From the NCBI GenBank assembly GCA_963622135.1, contig CAVFGR010000015.1, forward strand, positions 1,064 to 65,063: a stretch of DNA of 64,000 nucleotides. The letters run 5' to 3'. A model generated the notes under the pieces. That model made no database searches. It saw only the letters and a program-made list of their open reading frames with translations, and was not told where the DNA came from. Shown piece after piece: positions 20,339 to 30,707 of this stretch (positions are counted from its first letter, which is position 1; each line of letters begins with the position of its first letter). This DNA is from a bacterium (GTDB lineage: Bacteria; Bacillota_I; Bacilli_A; RFN20; CAG-826). The translations under genes and the position numbers were made by a program.

Positions 20339-21061
20339 ATGAAACCTAAATACACCAAAGTCATCATCAAAATCAGCGGCGAATCCTTGGCCGATCGCTC
20401 TGATTCGACCATTCTCGACAATGCCCAATTGGCTAATGTCGCCAAGGCCATCAAGAGCGTGAAAGATCTTGGCGTCGAAGTCGGCGTCGTGGTCGGGGCC
20501 GGCAACATTTGGAGAGGGCGCTTGGCCGAGAAAATCGGCATCGAAGCCTCCGTGGCCGATTATATGGGAATGCTCGGAACCATTATCAACGCATTAGCTT
20601 TGCAATCCGCCTTCGAAGCGGCTGGCATGGAATGCCGCGTTATGAGTTCCATCAATGTTCCGCAAGTTTGCGAGCCATACCTTAGAAGGAAAGCCATCCA
20701 TCACTTGGATTCTGGAAGGGTCGTTATTTTTGCCGGCGGAACTGGGAACCCATTCTTCACTACGGATTCCGCTGCGGCCTTAAGGGCCAAAGAAGTCGGC
20801 GCCGAAGCCATCCTTATGGGCAAAAACGGGGTGGAAGGTGTCTTGGATGATGACCCACGTGTCAATCCGAATGCCAAATTGATCAAGAAAATCACTTTCA
20901 GAGAGGTGGTTGAAAGAAAACTTGGCGTCATGGATTTGACGGCGGTGGCGATGCTTGAAGACAGCGATATCGATATCAGAGTCTTCAACATGGCTTCGCC
21001 AGAAGTTCTCAAAGATGTCGTCTGCGGAGCAGATTTAGGCACTATTGTCAGCAAGGAGTAA
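20339..21061 (+). CDS. pyrH: UMP kinase (start at MKPKYTKVIIK; longest ORF begins 20321)
   Basis: KISGESL and the UMP kinase fold. Confidence 0.88.
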   Translation: MKPKYTKVIIKISGESLADRSDSTILDNAQLANVAKAIKSVKDLGVEVGVVVGAGNIWRGRLAEKIGIEASVADYMGMLGTIINALALQSAFEAAGMECRVMSSINVPQVCEPYLRRKAIHHLDSGRVVIFAGGTGNPFFTTDSAAALRAKEVGAEAILMGKNGVEGVLDDDPRVNPNAKLIKKITFREVVERKLGVMDLTAVAMLEDSDIDIRVFNMASPEVLKDVVCGADLGTIVSKE

Positions 21062-21063
21062 AT

Positions 21064-21609
21064 ATGGATCCATTAGTAAACGAAGCGAGAGAATCTCTCA
21101 AAAAATGCATCGAATCTTTGAATTACAACCTTTCGAAGCTTCGCTCAGGCAGAGCAAACCCTGCCATTTTAACGGGCATTAAATGCGATTATTACGGAGA
21201 ACAGATGGATATCAGCTCCCTTTGCCAGATTTCCATGCCGGAACCACGCCAACTTCTCGTTAAGCCATATAGCAGAGAAGACATCAAAACCATCAGCGTG
21301 GCCATCGCAGCCGCTAATATCGGCATCAATCCGCAGAATGAAGCGGATGCCATTCGTTTGGTTTTCCCACCTATGACCGAAGAAGTTCGTAAGAATGTCG
21401 CGAAAGACGCGAAGAGAATTGCCGAAGAAGCCAGAGTTGCTATCCGCAATATCCGCCGCGATTTCATGGATTTGGTCAAATGTGACGAAGAGATGAGCGA
21501 GGACTATCAAAAGAGAGTCCAAGAAGATATCCAAAAGGAAGTCGATGCCGTCAACAAACAGGTCGATGAGATTTTGGAAGGCAAAACGAAAGAAATTCTT
21601 TCTATCTAA
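21064..21609 (+). CDS. frr: ribosome recycling factor
   Basis: 181 aa, RRF family. Confidence 0.9.
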   Translation: MDPLVNEARESLKKCIESLNYNLSKLRSGRANPAILTGIKCDYYGEQMDISSLCQISMPEPRQLLVKPYSREDIKTISVAIAAANIGINPQNEADAIRLVFPPMTEEVRKNVAKDAKRIAEEARVAIRNIRRDFMDLVKCDEEMSEDYQKRVQEDIQKEVDAVNKQVDEILEGKTKEILSI

Positions 21610-21614
21610 CTAAA

Positions 21615-22649
21615 ATGCCAAATACCGAAGAACACGAAACAAAGAAAATACAGCCTAACGAGCTAACCTCGGAACAAAAGACCAGCATTAAGACTCGCAC
21701 ATTGGTGGCGATTCCTTTGGTGGCCACTTTCTTGGTGGCTCTTATTTTCGGTGGCTGGGTCATGATGGCTTTCATCGCCTTGCTGGCTGGCTTCGGAATC
21801 TACGAAATCATCAAATCGGCCAAGAAGAAATTCCAACCATGGGTCTGGATTTTGACCTATGTTTTCGGATATGTTCTTATTTTTTGGCCGTTAATTGATC
21901 ATAACGTTCAAAATGCGATGGCCGCTAAAGAAGCGGGGACGACATTCGTTTTCGAGCTCGAGACCTCCTTCGCTCACTTGAATGTGCCTATAACTATCAT
22001 CGGTTTATGCTTGATGATTTATTTCTTAACCGGCATTTTGGACGAAAAGCTTAACTTCAAGGATATCGCCCATTTGTTTGCCTTTGTATTCTTGGTGGCT
22101 TTAGGCCTCCAAGCTATGCTTGTATGCCGTTTCTTCCCGTTTGTCGCCTATGCGCCTTATTCATCAATCGACACTCAGTCTTACGGATTTAAATGGGCTT
22201 GGTCGGCAGGGTTGCTCTTTGTCGTATACGCCGTCTGTTCCTTAACCGATGTCTTTGCTTATTTCGGTGGGATGTTATTCGGCAAGCATAAAATGAACCC
22301 AAGAATCTCCCCAAAGAAAACTTGGGAAGGATTCTTCATTGGTTGGGCTTTTGGCGCCGCCATCGGAATGGGCATCATGTTCTTAATGGCTGGCTTGGAT
22401 TATCCGGTTATCCCTGCTTTGGACATGGACCATTGGTGGGGAATCGTCATTTTAGGAATTTTATTGCCGCTTATCGGCACCTTAGGAGATTTGGCTTTCT
22501 CGCTCATCAAGCGTAGTGAGGAAATCAAAGACTTCTCCAATTTGCTTCCGGGACATGGCGGAATCTTGGATCGATTCGATTCGCCGATTTTTGCTAGTTT
22601 AGGAACCGCCATCATCATTTCCTTCTTCGTCCAAGGATGGGTCCTATAA
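21615..22649 (+). CDS. cdsA: phosphatidate cytidylyltransferase CdsA (N-terminally extended)
   Basis: C-terminal CTP-transferase signature KRSEEIKDFSNLLPGHGGILDRFDS. Confidence 0.8.
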   Translation: MPNTEEHETKKIQPNELTSEQKTSIKTRTLVAIPLVATFLVALIFGGWVMMAFIALLAGFGIYEIIKSAKKKFQPWVWILTYVFGYVLIFWPLIDHNVQNAMAAKEAGTTFVFELETSFAHLNVPITIIGLCLMIYFLTGILDEKLNFKDIAHLFAFVFLVALGLQAMLVCRFFPFVAYAPYSSIDTQSYGFKWAWSAGLLFVVYAVCSLTDVFAYFGGMLFGKHKMNPRISPKKTWEGFFIGWAFGAAIGMGIMFLMAGLDYPVIPALDMDHWWGIVILGILLPLIGTLGDLAFSLIKRSEEIKDFSNLLPGHGGILDRFDSPIFASLGTAIIISFFVQGWVL

Positions 22650-23782
22650 TGAGGACTCTCATATTATTGGGGGCTTCTGGTTCCATCGGCAGCCAAACCA
22701 TCGAATTGCTAGAGGGCGATCCCTCTTCTTTTCGTTTGTTAGGCGTAAGCGTAGGCACGCGCACACAATGTCTACATTCCATTATCGAGAAGTTCCCATT
22801 TTGCAAATATATCTGCGTCAAAAACGAAGCGGATATGACCTCTTTTAAAGAAAAATACCCTGAAATCAATTGGTATTTCGGCGACAAAGGATTGTTAGAT
22901 TTAATCAAGGATTCGTCGGCCGAAATGGTCGTTAATGCCTTACTTGGATTTGCGGGTTTGGAGCCAAGCGTCTATGCGTTGGAAAACGATAAGATTCTTT
23001 GCCTTGCAAATAAGGAATCTTTGGTTTGCGGAGGCCATTTGATCAAAAAAGCTTTAAGGGATCATGACGGAAAACTTTATCCGATCGATTCCGAACATGT
23101 CGCCATTGCCAAGTGTTTGCATGAAAACCGCAAAGAGATAGAAAAAGTCATTTTGACGGCGAGCGGCGGCCCGTTCTATTTCAAAGATGTGGATTTCAAT
23201 AAAGTCACCAGAGATGATGCCTTAAAACATCCTTCCTGGAAAATGGGGGCTAAAATAACCATCGATTCTTCCACCTTGATGAATAAGGGCTTTGAGGTTA
23301 TCGAGGCCTGTGAACTATTTGATTTGCAGCCTGACGATATCGAGATTGTTGTTCATCCTCAATCCTATGTGCACTCCGGTCTTTTATTAAAAGACGGCAC
23401 GTATTTGATTCAAGTTGGTAAGCCCGACATGAAAGGGCCTATCGAGTATGCTTTGAGGGAAGGAAATGTGTCTTATGAGGATGTCATTTCGGTCGGTTCC
23501 TTGAATGAACTGCCTTACGATTTCGCGAATTTCAACGAAAAAAGATTTCCTGCCGTTTCTTTATGCAAAAAAGCACGGAAAATGGGCGGTGGAGCCTTAA
23601 CAATTCTTAACGCGGCTGATGAGATATCCGTTCATCTTTTTTTAGAAAACAAGATGAAATATTTGGACATAGTACATTCATGCGAATTGGCATTGGATAA
23701 CGTATCCAATATAATTGACCCATCGCTTGACGATTTGAAAAAGTTGGATTCATTGACTCGTCAATGGATTCAAAAAAGATAA
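22649..23782 (+). CDS. dxr: 1-deoxy-D-xylulose 5-phosphate reductoisomerase (start MRTLILLGASGSIGS; AAGGATGG RBS)
   Basis: GASGSIGSQT NADPH-binding motif. Confidence 0.88.
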   Translation: MRTLILLGASGSIGSQTIELLEGDPSSFRLLGVSVGTRTQCLHSIIEKFPFCKYICVKNEADMTSFKEKYPEINWYFGDKGLLDLIKDSSAEMVVNALLGFAGLEPSVYALENDKILCLANKESLVCGGHLIKKALRDHDGKLYPIDSEHVAIAKCLHENRKEIEKVILTASGGPFYFKDVDFNKVTRDDALKHPSWKMGAKITIDSSTLMNKGFEVIEACELFDLQPDDIEIVVHPQSYVHSGLLLKDGTYLIQVGKPDMKGPIEYALREGNVSYEDVISVGSLNELPYDFANFNEKRFPAVSLCKKARKMGGGALTILNAADEISVHLFLENKMKYLDIVHSCELALDNVSNIIDPSLDDLKKLDSLTRQWIQKR

Positions 23783-23792
23783 GAGGGGGGAT

Positions 23793-25226
23793 ATGGGTAC
23801 TGTTTTGAATATCATATTGACCATCGTCCTTCTTATCGCGATTTTGGGCATTTTGGTCTCCGCCCATGAAGCGGGGCATTTCTTCTTTGCTAAGATCTTC
23901 GGCGTTTATTGCAACGAATTCTCTATTGGTTTTGGTCCAAAGATCTTCTCTAAACGCAGAAAGAAAGGCGAGACGACCTTCTCTTTGCGTGTCATTCCAT
24001 TGGGCGGATATGTTTCGATGTATTCGGCCGAGGGGCAAGAAAAGGAAGCTAAACGCAACGGCGAAGAATATGTCGCCAATGAAGAAATTGGCCCCAATGA
24101 GATGCTTGACGCCAATGGCAAACCAATTCCTCTGGAACGTTCTTTGGAACACAAGGCCTTATGGAAACGTATCATCATCCTTCTTGCCGGGGTGGCAGTA
24201 AATTTCATCCTTTCCTTCGTTTTCTGCCTTATTTATGCGACCGCCTATCCTCAATATCGCGTCGGTTATCGCATGTCTACGGGTATCACGTTCAGTGAAG
24301 ACTCTACCGGCATTGTTGGAAGTGATTATGGCAAAGTGAACTTATTTGCTTCCGGAACAGAGAATTACATAATCGGCTTCATCTCTTCTTACGATGAATC
24401 TCTCGGCTGGCCGGAAGGATACATTGCCTCCCCGGCTTTGGCAGAGAACAACAAAGAAACGGAGATGGGCTATATCATCGATAATCACGCGGTTCTCACT
24501 TCTTTGGGAGAAAATCGCGACGTCACGGCTCTTTATTATCCGAAATATGAAACGAAGGCCAACGATTTATTATCCTGCCTAACCTTCTATAACAATTCCG
24601 ATGTTTTGATCGTGAATGAAAACGTCAAGAATCTAGGGGTTACCGTGATGCCAAATATGGAGGCGGGAGCCGTGGGCATTTTAGAAGGTGATGCAATATC
24701 TTTCGAAATCAGATCGGTGGAGAAAGATGCAGAAGGCTCATATTCAATTGTCACGCACTTGGTCACTTCGACCTACAAAGAAGGGGCTTGGGATTTCAAT
24801 TTAATCCAAATGACTCCTAAAAAGGCTCAAGAGACCTATGGGGAAAGACTGAAAACAGGATGTGAACAATGGGTTTCTTTCTTCCCGACTATCGGAAACG
24901 CTTTGAAGCAGGTATTCAGCTTCAACTTCGATAACATCGGTGGCGTGGTGGCCATGGGCGCCTCCATCTCATCTTTGACCACCTATATGGGGGCCGGAAG
25001 AACCTTCTTCCTCTACGGCGGCTTGATTTCCTTGAATCTGGCGATTCTCAACTTGCTCCCGTTCCCTGGCTTGGATGGTTGGCAAATCGTTGTCGCGATC
25101 GTAGAAAAAGTCGCTAGAAAGAAGATTCCTTTGAAAGCTAAGCGAATCATTCAAATCGTTGGTTTTGCACTTCTCGCGGTTCTCGCAATCTTCATTATGG
25201 TAAAGGACATCATTAGGCTCGTATGA
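23793..25226 (+). CDS. rseP: RIP zinc metalloprotease RseP/RasP
   Basis: HEAGHF site-2-protease motif. GAGGGGG RBS. Confidence 0.85.
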   Translation: MGTVLNIILTIVLLIAILGILVSAHEAGHFFFAKIFGVYCNEFSIGFGPKIFSKRRKKGETTFSLRVIPLGGYVSMYSAEGQEKEAKRNGEEYVANEEIGPNEMLDANGKPIPLERSLEHKALWKRIIILLAGVAVNFILSFVFCLIYATAYPQYRVGYRMSTGITFSEDSTGIVGSDYGKVNLFASGTENYIIGFISSYDESLGWPEGYIASPALAENNKETEMGYIIDNHAVLTSLGENRDVTALYYPKYETKANDLLSCLTFYNNSDVLIVNENVKNLGVTVMPNMEAGAVGILEGDAISFEIRSVEKDAEGSYSIVTHLVTSTYKEGAWDFNLIQMTPKKAQETYGERLKTGCEQWVSFFPTIGNALKQVFSFNFDNIGGVVAMGASISSLTTYMGAGRTFFLYGGLISLNLAILNLLPFPGLDGWQIVVAIVEKVARKKIPLKAKRIIQIVGFALLAVLAIFIMVKDIIRLV

Positions 25227-28200
25227 ATAGTAAAATGTTTCGTTTCTTAGGTTCCGTTGGCATTGACAATGTCGATTCTTTTGATATGGATTTTGAACAA
25301 GTCCAATACGACCTTAATGACCCGAACGTTCTCTTAATGGTCATAAGGAAAAAAACCGGATGGGATTACTATGACTATGAACGATTCGAAGGGGCATTAA
25401 CCAAAATCGATTACGATTATCGTCTTTCCTTCGTATATGATTCGATCGATGAGGAATCGTTGGCCAATTTCTTCCAAGATTGGCTTTTGAGTCAAAGGAC
25501 GATCTTTTTCGGAGTTGAAGCCAAGTTGGTTGAGAATACCTTAAGAATTTCTTATAGAAACTCAGCAGACGGGAAACGACTCAATGACTTAACCAAAGAA
25601 CTCAAAAAATTATTCGAACATATCAATTACCCTTTTGACATACTCGTTGAGGAAAATCTCGAAGACGAAGAGCTTCTCAGAAAAGCGGGGGCCGAAGAAA
25701 CCGAAAAAGAATATCTCGCCGCCCAACGCGTAGAAAAATACAACATCAAAGGTAATTACCTGAAACTAAACAGAATTGAAGAAGTGTGGTCGTTATTGCC
25801 TCAAAACATCGATATCGTTGGAGAAATATTTAACCTCGATAGCAAAACCGTAAAAGGTGCCAAAATCCTTGTTAAATTTGGTATCGGCGACAATGAAGGC
25901 GCCATCAATTGCAGTGCCCTCCAAAACGATAAAACCCTCGAAAGAGGTCAACTGCAGGACCTTAAAAATGGAGCTCGCTTAGAAGTCAGAGGCAAGATGG
26001 ATTTTGATAAGTTCAGCGGTGAGCGCATCTTGAAGGCCGATTATATTGAGGCCCTTCCTCCATTGCCACTTAGAACAGATCCGGAAGTCGAAAAACGTGT
26101 CGAGCTTCATCTTCATAGCAAAATGTCCGCGATGGATGGCTTAGGCGAAGTCGAAGATTATTGCAAAGTCGCGAAATCGATGGGAATGAAGGCGATTGCT
26201 TTGACTGATCACGGCAACATTCAAGCTTTCCCTGAACTTCAGAAATTTGCCGCAAAGAACGACTTAAAGCCGATTTATGGCTGCGAATTTTACATGTTCG
26301 AGCCACATCAAAAATATGTTTTCAATCCTTGCGATAGGATCTTAAGCAAGGCTCGCTATTGCGTCCTGGACTTGGAATCTACCGGCTTGTCAGCCATCTA
26401 TGACCGAATCACCCAGTTTGGTGGTTTCATCATCGAAAACGGAGAAAAAATCGGAGAGCTGAACATTCTTGTCAATCCTCAAATGCCAATCCCAAAGAAA
26501 ATTCAGGAGAAAACGCATATTACCGATGAAATGGTCAAGGATTGCCCGACCATCGAAGAGGTCATGGACCAAATCGAAGAATTCATCGGTGACTCCATCT
26601 TGGTAACTCATAACGCCTCATTCGACTTTGGCCTTTTAAACGAAGCTAGGACTCGTATGGGCAGAGAGATTTTCCATAACCCTGTCATCGACACCTTGGC
26701 GCTATCGCATTATTTGTTCCCGGAACGCAGAACCCATAAGTTAGGTGCTTTCGCCAAAGCGTTGGACGTTGATGGCTATGATGATGAGAAGGCTCACGCC
26801 GCCGACTTCGACGCTGAGATATTGTATTTGGCTTGGGTTCAGGCGTTGAACAGATATTTGGATCCAAACGGCACCGTCAAGCATGAAGATTTGCTCAAAT
26901 TGGATTTCACGGAAGCCAATTTCCCGAATTTGAAAGGCGAGGAGCTTCAAAGAAAAATCAAAGGAACGCGGTCTTCGTTCTATAAGAACATTCGTCCTTC
27001 CCACGTTGTTGTTTTAGCCAAAGACGAACAGGGGTTGAAGGATTTATACAAATTGATTTCCTTATCCAACACCGAATATATGGCGGATGTGCCGAAGATT
27101 CCGAAGGAGTTAATAGCCGAAAATCGCGAACATCTTTTGATTGGCTCCGGCTGTTTCAACGGAGAAGTTTTCGATAAAGCCAAATACTGCAATTTCGAGC
27201 AGTTGAAGGATTTTATATCCTTCTATGACTACATCGAGATTCAGCCAATAGAAAACTATTCATATCTTATAAATACGGATGAGATAAGTGAGGAGCGTCT
27301 CTACCAGACGTTGAATTTGATTATTAAAGCGGCGGATGAGGCGAAAGTGAAAATCGTCGCGACCGGCGATTGCCATTATGTCAATCCGGAAGACAAAATT
27401 GCCCGTGACGTCTTTATTGAGACCAAGGCTATCGGTGGCGGTCGCCATCCTTTAAACCCGCCATACAGAGACAAATTGCCTCGATTCCCGAATCCTGATC
27501 AACATTTCCGCTCTACCAGAGAAATGCTGGACTCTTTTGAGACTTGGGTTTCGAAAGACAGAGCTAAAGAGTTTGTCGTTACCAATTCCAATTGGGTGGC
27601 AGATCAAATAGAGGTTGTCCATCCAATCAAAGAGGGCACTTTTGCTCCGAACGCGAACCTTCCTGGTTCGGATAAGCTTTTAAGAGAACTTTGCTATCAA
27701 AACCTCGAAAAGTATTACGGACCGAATCCGGATGCAAAAATCAAAGAACGTTTGGACAAAGAACTTAACGGTATCATCAATGGTGGCTATTCGGTCATTT
27801 ATTGGATTGCCCATAAAATCATCAAAAAAGCATCGGAAGATGGCTATTTCGTTGGTTCTCGTGGATCGGTTGGCTCCTCTTTCGTCGCGACGATGGCGGA
27901 TATCACCGAAGTCAATCCACTTGAGCCACATTACCTATGCCCGAAGTGCAAACATTTTGAATGGAGCACCGATCCAAAGATTCGTTCAGGCTTTGACCTC
28001 GAAGACAAAAAATGCCCAGTATGTGGCACATTGATGGAAGGAAACGGGCAAAATATTCCGTTTGAAACATTCTTAGGCTTCAACGCCGATAAGACGCCGG
28101 ATATCGACTTAAACTTCCCGCCAGACTATCAGGCAATCGCCCATAACTACACACGTATCTTGCTCGGGCCTAAAAACTGCTTTAGAGCCGGTACGATCCA

Positions 28201-29578
28201 AACCGTTGCCGATAAGAACGCTTTCGGCTATGTTCGTGGATATTTCGAAAAGCAAGGCGTCAACCCAGATTCGATTCCATCCGCCAAAATCGCGATGATC
28301 GCGAATATGTGCAAAGGGGTTAAACGCACGACGGGTCAGCATCCTGGCGGCATCGTCGTCATCCCTGCCGATATGAACGTTTATGACTTTACCCCATTCC
28401 AATATCCTGCCGAAGATATTGAAGCTGATTGGCTTACAACGCACTTCGACTTCAACTCCATGCATGATGAAGTTCTTAAATTGGATTTGCTTGGTCAGCT
28501 CGAACCTTTGGTCCTTCGTAAAATTGCTCTCAGCTCAGGGGTTCCTTTCGATACGATCCCGATGAACGATCGTAAGGTCCTTTCGCTTTTCTCTTCGCCT
28601 AAGGCTTTAAAACTGAAGACGAATCCTTTGAAATTCCAAACTGGAGCGATGGCTATCCCTGAATTTGGCACCTCATTCGTCCAAGGCTTGCTTCAAACCG
28701 CCAAGCCGAAGACCTTCAATGACCTTTTGGCAATTTCTGGTTTATCGCACGGCACCGATGTTTGGACCTTCAACGCCGAGGATTTAATCAAAGCGGGTAA
28801 GGGCGATATCACGACCGTTATCGGCTGCCGTGATGATATTATGCGTTACCTTATCGAAATGGGCTGCGACCGTCTTGAATCTTTCAAATTCATGGAAACG
28901 GTTCGTAAGAACAAAGGCCATGCGAACCGCACCAAAATCGAAGAAAAGGTGGGAATGCTACGCGAACATGGCGTTCCTGAATGGTATATCGAATCATGCC
29001 GCCGCATCCAATACCTCTTCCCGAGAGCACACGCTACAGCGTATGTCATCAACGCCGTCCGAAACGCTTGGTATAAGTTATACAAACCGCTCCATTTCTA
29101 TAGCATCTTCCTTTCCGACCACATCGATAAATTTGAAATCAAAACAATGGTCAAGGGTTTAGACGCGGTGGTGGAAAGGGTCAATGTCTTAGAGACCCGT
29201 TCAAATACGCGTAACGATAAACTGTCAGAGAAAGAGGAAGAAATCTTGAAAGGATTAAAGGTCTGCGCCGAATTCTTGGATCGCGGGTTCACCTTCCATA
29301 ATATCGATTTATATAAGTCCGCGGCTCACGACTTTGTCGTCGATGAGGATAATAAGGCATTGTATCCGCCTTTTACCGTTATCGATGGTCTTGGCCTAAG
29401 CGCCGCTGAATCGGTGGTAAAAGCAAGGGAAAATGGCGAGGAATTCATTTCCAAGGAAGATCTTAAAAAGAGGACTTCTCTTTCCGAAGCCAATATCAAT
29501 GATTTGAGTGAGGCGGGAGCCTTGGAAGGCTTAGGGGATAAGAACCAATTGTCTCTCTTTGATTTCTTCGATTGTTAG
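25223..29578 (+). CDS. polC: DNA polymerase III PolC-type (Gram-positive replicative polymerase)
   Basis: 1451 aa containing PHP, exonuclease and polymerase domains. The frr-cdsA-dxr-rseP-polC synteny matches Firmicutes. Confidence 0.95.
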   Translation: MNSKMFRFLGSVGIDNVDSFDMDFEQVQYDLNDPNVLLMVIRKKTGWDYYDYERFEGALTKIDYDYRLSFVYDSIDEESLANFFQDWLLSQRTIFFGVEAKLVENTLRISYRNSADGKRLNDLTKELKKLFEHINYPFDILVEENLEDEELLRKAGAEETEKEYLAAQRVEKYNIKGNYLKLNRIEEVWSLLPQNIDIVGEIFNLDSKTVKGAKILVKFGIGDNEGAINCSALQNDKTLERGQLQDLKNGARLEVRGKMDFDKFSGERILKADYIEALPPLPLRTDPEVEKRVELHLHSKMSAMDGLGEVEDYCKVAKSMGMKAIALTDHGNIQAFPELQKFAAKNDLKPIYGCEFYMFEPHQKYVFNPCDRILSKARYCVLDLESTGLSAIYDRITQFGGFIIENGEKIGELNILVNPQMPIPKKIQEKTHITDEMVKDCPTIEEVMDQIEEFIGDSILVTHNASFDFGLLNEARTRMGREIFHNPVIDTLALSHYLFPERRTHKLGAFAKALDVDGYDDEKAHAADFDAEILYLAWVQALNRYLDPNGTVKHEDLLKLDFTEANFPNLKGEELQRKIKGTRSSFYKNIRPSHVVVLAKDEQGLKDLYKLISLSNTEYMADVPKIPKELIAENREHLLIGSGCFNGEVFDKAKYCNFEQLKDFISFYDYIEIQPIENYSYLINTDEISEERLYQTLNLIIKAADEAKVKIVATGDCHYVNPEDKIARDVFIETKAIGGGRHPLNPPYRDKLPRFPNPDQHFRSTREMLDSFETWVSKDRAKEFVVTNSNWVADQIEVVHPIKEGTFAPNANLPGSDKLLRELCYQNLEKYYGPNPDAKIKERLDKELNGIINGGYSVIYWIAHKIIKKASEDGYFVGSRGSVGSSFVATMADITEVNPLEPHYLCPKCKHFEWSTDPKIRSGFDLEDKKCPVCGTLMEGNGQNIPFETFLGFNADKTPDIDLNFPPDYQAIAHNYTRILLGPKNCFRAGTIQTVADKNAFGYVRGYFEKQGVNPDSIPSAKIAMIANMCKGVKRTTGQHPGGIVVIPADMNVYDFTPFQYPAEDIEADWLTTHFDFNSMHDEVLKLDLLGQLEPLVLRKIALSSGVPFDTIPMNDRKVLSLFSSPKALKLKTNPLKFQTGAMAIPEFGTSFVQGLLQTAKPKTFNDLLAISGLSHGTDVWTFNAEDLIKAGKGDITTVIGCRDDIMRYLIEMGCDRLESFKFMETVRKNKGHANRTKIEEKVGMLREHGVPEWYIESCRRIQYLFPRAHATAYVINAVRNAWYKLYKPLHFYSIFLSDHIDKFEIKTMVKGLDAVVERVNVLETRSNTRNDKLSEKEEEILKGLKVCAEFLDRGFTFHNIDLYKSAAHDFVVDEDNKALYPPFTVIDGLGLSAAESVVKARENGEEFISKEDLKKRTSLSEANINDLSEAGALEGLGDKNQLSLFDFFDC

Positions 29579-29609
29579 TGATATATTTACGACTGCGATT
29601 TAATCGCAA

Positions 29610-29685
29610 CGGGACGTAGCACAGTAGGTAGTGCGCCTGGTTCGGGACCAGGAGGTCACGAGTTCGATTCTCGTCGTTCCGACCA
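29610..29685 (+). tRNA. tRNA-Pro (anticodon CGG)
   Basis: Cloverleaf folded by hand; loop UUCGGGA with G37; T-loop TTCGATT; encoded ...ACCA 3' end. Confidence 0.8.
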
Positions 29686-29696
29686 TATCGTAATAT

Positions 29697-29723
29697 AGGC
29701 ATGTCGTAAGGCATGCCTTTTTC
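29697..29723 (+). terminator. terminator after tRNA-Pro
   Basis: GGCATG-tcgtaa-GGCATGCC hairpin followed by TTTTT. Confidence 0.6.
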
Positions 29724-29743
29724 AATCCCAAAACGATGGTTTA

Positions 29744-30373
29744 ATGTTATACAATATCGGCATGAACAAAGTTCAAATTTATTACGCCAAGATCAAGCCT
29801 TTCGGTTCCGAGGAATTTGCCTCGATAGTTGAGGAACTGCCAAACATCAAGAAAACTCAGCTTATGTCGTTCCGCCTTGGAAAAGATAGAGACGCATCTT
29901 TGTCGGCTTATTTGTTATTAAAAGAAGCGTTGAAGGCTAACGATATCAAAATCAATGACTACGAATATGTGGTAAGTGAAAAAGGCAAACCCTCCTTGTT
30001 CTATTGCCCATATCAGTTTTCAATCAGCCACACCGGTGGTTTGTGCGTGGTTGCCATAAGTATCGATGAGGTTGGAATTGACGTAGAAAAAATCAAACCG
30101 TATACGCTGAAAATCGAGCGCATCTTCACTCTTTCCGATTGCGAGTTTATTAATACCTCAGAACAAAAAGAGAAGGCCTTCTATCAAATTTGGACTTCTA
30201 AAGAAGCTTATGTTAAGGCACTGGGTACAGGATTATCTACCGCCTTTAATTCTTTTGAAGTCGTTAACTTGAACGAAAAGCATTTGGTTCATTTCGAGAT
30301 TGGCGACTATATGATTAGCGCATATACAAAAACTTGTTCCGAATTTGAGAAGCCAGTTGAAGTCATCCTTTGA
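29744..30373 (+). CDS. Sfp-type 4'-phosphopantetheinyl transferase
   Basis: PPTase motifs SISHTGGLCVVAIS, GIDVEKI, WTSKEAYVKALG. Confidence 0.7.
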   Translation: MLYNIGMNKVQIYYAKIKPFGSEEFASIVEELPNIKKTQLMSFRLGKDRDASLSAYLLLKEALKANDIKINDYEYVVSEKGKPSLFYCPYQFSISHTGGLCVVAISIDEVGIDVEKIKPYTLKIERIFTLSDCEFINTSEQKEKAFYQIWTSKEAYVKALGTGLSTAFNSFEVVNLNEKHLVHFEIGDYMISAYTKTCSEFEKPVEVIL

Positions 30374-30707
30374 TAAATCTTTTAGCGATATCGTGTCGGT
30401 CTATGGCTAAATCCGTAAAGTGGCGCATCCGATGGATCGCCCGCCAACGGCTATAAGACAGACAATTTAAATGTCGCAAAACTGCCGAGTTGAAAGAATG
30501 ATTTTGTTTGAACAACCAACTTCTAAATGCGCTATTTGCTCATCACCTTTCGGAACGTTAATAAAATGCTTTTCGAAATGCGTTATGGCTAAACTATGGA
30601 TGAGAAAGGCGTCCAAGGACACAAATGAATGGGCTTTCTTGTAAGAAACTACCCAATTTAAGACAAAGAGAAGTATAATTATTTTCTTCGATGAGGAGGT
30701 AAGGCCA

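Noticed and set aside
30374-30707. M-box (Mg2+ riboswitch) upstream of mgtC
   Set aside because: The conserved M-box core sequence was searched for by eye and not found. The region is retained only as an unexplained long leader.
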